Assembly (NCBI GenBank): GCA_949294085.1
Contig: CASFFX010000006.1
Span: forward strand, 40,256-104,255
Reading direction: 5' to 3'
DNA length: 64,000 bases
Source of the DNA: an uncultured bacterium
GTDB taxonomy: Bacteria; Elusimicrobiota; Elusimicrobia; Elusimicrobiales; Elusimicrobiaceae
Shown here: positions 61,687-64,000 of the stretch, in pieces
Position numbering within the stretch: position 1 is the stretch's first letter
Layout of the letters: each line of letters starts with the position of its first letter
Made by a program: the position numbers and the translations under genes
Notes under the pieces: model-generated
What the model was told of the DNA's origin: nothing
Seen by the model: the letters and a program-made list of their open reading frames with translations, nothing else
Databases searched by the model: none

Positions 61687-63213
61687 ATGAAAGAACCGAA
61701 AGAACAGCCACAGCCGGAAGAGCAAAAACCTTGGGTGTTGCTCTGGCAAGAAATCAAACGTTTGTCCTGCTCCAAAAAAGCGTGGGCGGCGGCGGTGGTG
61801 TGCGTGCTGCTTTTGTTGTTTACGGGCGTGGTGCCGGTGGGAAAAATTCCGCTTTTGCGCCGTTTGGCGTGGGCTATGGGATACACGCCGGACGAAACGC
61901 AACATATTTCCTTCTTAAAAGCCTTGCTTAGCTGGAACGAGCATGCCAAAATTATGCGTGGGGAACTGCCGGACCCCAACGAAACAAGCATATTTGGAAA
62001 CGATGGGGGGCTGATGTCCTCGCAGAAGCGGCTGGAGCGCGAAAAAGATTCCAGCTTGATTAATATGCGGGCCGTCAATGCCGCATTGTACAAGCAAGGC
62101 AAACTGGGCGATTTGCCCACGGGCGCTTATTATACGGTGGATATTGGAGAAGGGAAAAAACCGTCCGACGTACAGGTAACCGGCAATTCCGTAACGACGC
62201 AGGCCGGGGCCGCCAAAACGGGCGAGGTGTATTTCGGGACAGACGCTTCCGTCCAGGCGCGGGACCCGAAAGACGGATTTAATTCTATTGGGGCGCTTAA
62301 AAAAATTGCCAATCCGCACATCGCGGGCACATCCAAAACAGATTGGCTGGACCGTTTGGTGGATAAGGCCACCCGTTCCGATGCCGGCTTGGAAAACATT
62401 GCCAAAGAACTAAAAACCGGCAGTATGCTTTCGCAGTTAAATCCCATTACGGATATCGGCAATCACAAGGCCCAGCGCGATATGTATTATGCGTGGCTGA
62501 CGGGGATGAGTTCCCGCCGTACGCCCAATGTCGTGCTGAAAAAAACCTTGGCGGCGGCCGGTTTTAACGGGGCGGAAATGCCCAAAAAAGTGTTTGATTC
62601 TTCCGGGTTTTCGGGTATTGGCATTAATCAAGATGATGTTGTTTCCGACGTGGAAAATATTCAAATCCGGCTGAAAAATGAAAAAGAGTGCGAACGCGTT
62701 TTGAGTACATCGGGCGAAAATTTGGTCAACCAGCTGCAAGCGGCCAAAGAAGGCATTAATGTGTTGTCGGCTTCGTTTCCCAAAACGTGTGATGACATCA
62801 ACGGAAATTTTACAAACCGCTTGGCGGCTTTGCGGAATCAATGCGAACAAATTAAGCTGGACTATAATGACTTGGGCACTTTTTGCGGCGTTACCGTAAA
62901 AGCCGGGCGGGAAGGCACCTGCACGACCAACAATCTGCAGAGCCGCTACGACCAATATGCCGCCTATTGTACCCAAGAAAGGCAAAAATGCGCCGCTTTA
63001 ACTACACCCGAAGAGCAGCAGGCCTGCCTGGCCGGATTGAAAAAAGCCGCCGATTACGAAGAAGGCGACTGCCGGGAAAAAGGCTGCTCGCAGGAAGGGG
63101 TGGAAAAATTAGTGGGCGGAACCTTTAACGTGGGCGTAAACGGCAAGGACGTGGACCCGTACGCGGGGGACTTCTTTCCGGAAGTGGATTGGGGGGCTAC
63201 CAAGCTCTACTGA
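61687..63213 (+). CDS. Membrane-anchored hypothetical protein with Cys-rich C-terminus (array member 4)
   Basis: TM AWAAAVVCVLLLLFTGVV; 10 Cys in the last ~180 aa. Confidence 0.8.
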   Translation: MKEPKEQPQPEEQKPWVLLWQEIKRLSCSKKAWAAAVVCVLLLLFTGVVPVGKIPLLRRLAWAMGYTPDETQHISFLKALLSWNEHAKIMRGELPDPNETSIFGNDGGLMSSQKRLEREKDSSLINMRAVNAALYKQGKLGDLPTGAYYTVDIGEGKKPSDVQVTGNSVTTQAGAAKTGEVYFGTDASVQARDPKDGFNSIGALKKIANPHIAGTSKTDWLDRLVDKATRSDAGLENIAKELKTGSMLSQLNPITDIGNHKAQRDMYYAWLTGMSSRRTPNVVLKKTLAAAGFNGAEMPKKVFDSSGFSGIGINQDDVVSDVENIQIRLKNEKECERVLSTSGENLVNQLQAAKEGINVLSASFPKTCDDINGNFTNRLAALRNQCEQIKLDYNDLGTFCGVTVKAGREGTCTTNNLQSRYDQYAAYCTQERQKCAALTTPEEQQACLAGLKKAADYEEGDCREKGCSQEGVEKLVGGTFNVGVNGKDVDPYAGDFFPEVDWGATKLY

Positions 63214-63217
63214 CCCC

Positions 63218-63245
63218 TTGAAAAAAGCGCATTTAATTGTATAAT
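63218..63245 (+). promoter_or_regulatory. Putative sigma70 promoter
   Basis: TTGAAA, 16 bp, TATAAT (63240-63245). Confidence 0.6.
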
Positions 63246-63422
63246 AGAAATAAGGACATTTGGATAAGGAAAGTTGTTGCGGAGTGGGAAACCAGCTTCG
63301 AACAACGAATTTCTTTATTATGCAAAAGAGATGTACGGGAAAAGATTTTCAGACGGTGTGAAGGCTTTTCCCCGGGTTTGAAAAAACCCAAAAGGGCAGT
63401 TTTATTTTAATAGGAGGCTCTT

Positions 63423-64000
63423 ATGCCAGAGGAAAAAAAGAAGGACAGTTTTACCTTTAGCGATAAGATTAAAAACAGCAAGCCTGCTGCTTTTAAGTCT
63501 TTTGCTAATCGTATTTCCTCCAAAATCGGGAGCGACGGCAAACCTAGAAAGACTCTCTTTGAGAGAACGAAAAGGGATGCCCCGTTCTTCATTGCCGCTT
63601 TGGTGGCGCTGTTGCTGCTGCCGTTTTTGTATAAATACAGCGGGCAAGTAAATGAAGAACCTATGGTTACCCCCGGAAGCGAGGAATCCATATTCGATCC
63701 CGAACGGTACGGTTTTGATACGGCTACCGGGGATCCGGAAGGCCAAATTGCTCAGCTGGCCGGGCGCGATCCTTTAAGCTTGATTAAAGGGTTGAACTCG
63801 GAGGAAGAAGAGCCGTCGGGCGATTATCCGATGCAGGATTTTGATGATCGCAGCGGCTTGGGCGATGACGCTTCTTATTCCGACAATGTAACGGAAGAAC
63901 ACAACACCAATATCTACAAGCAAAACGCGGCTCCGGCCACGCGCGCGGCGTTCCGCCGGGCGGCTACCAAGATTAATCCGTTGGCTTCGGCCGGGCTTAC
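63423..64000 (+). CDS. Partial CDS (5' end), membrane-anchored hypothetical protein (array member 5)
   Basis: AGGAGG RBS, ATG 63423, open to the window end: MPEEKKKDSFTFSDKIK...APFFIAALVALLLLPFLYKY...TKINPLASAGL. Confidence 0.8.
   Translation, partial: MPEEKKKDSFTFSDKIKNSKPAAFKSFANRISSKIGSDGKPRKTLFERTKRDAPFFIAALVALLLLPFLYKYSGQVNEEPMVTPGSEESIFDPERYGFDTATGDPEGQIAQLAGRDPLSLIKGLNSEEEEPSGDYPMQDFDDRSGLGDDASYSDNVTEEHNTNIYKQNAAPATRAAFRRAATKINPLASAGL

Noticed and set aside
56495-64000. Conjugative T4SS (VirB6/TrbL/VirB10) or prophage tail interpretation of the array
   Set aside because: No VirB4, VirD4, relaxase, VirB10 C-terminal domain or phage structural genes in the window
1-64000. CRISPR array, IS/transposase, rRNA
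   Set aside because: No regularly spaced direct repeats, terminal inverted repeats with transposase, or rRNA-like sequence seen

Overview
Gene-dense bacterial chromosome segment, probably from a diderm gut anaerobe of the Elusimicrobiota (inferred from gene content and unverified). The first 33 kb are mostly housekeeping and transport genes: aspC-pckA, a stand-alone SWIB protein, a beta-carbonic anhydrase with a PTS EIIBC, a radical SAM protein, tRNA-Arg(CCG), an NhaC-family transporter, an Fe-ADH, cinA, a TetR-controlled TolC/YbhGFSR-like ABC efflux operon, M50-trpS-scpAB-glgA-alkaline phosphatase-ftsX-envC-ctpA-tsaD, and a solute-binding-fold protein plus a GAF-GGDEF cyclase. The remaining 31 kb (33.5-64 kb, all on the + strand) form one surface-machinery region and the best candidate for an undescribed system. 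It holds a 1638-aa secreted protein built from eight FlgD-Ig-like modules that ends in a T9SS-CTD-like domain, followed by a PorV-like beta-barrel. Next comes an atypical Tad/Flp pilus locus with three Flp pilins (two missed by the ORF track), a core-only secretin, a TadZ-TadA fusion and an extended TadB, split by a two-component signalling cassette. The region ends with an array of paralogous membrane-anchored low-complexity proteins. Two of these have prepilin-like leaders, a shared conserved core and divergent hydrophobic C-termini. I found no IS element, integrase, prophage, rRNA gene or CRISPR array.
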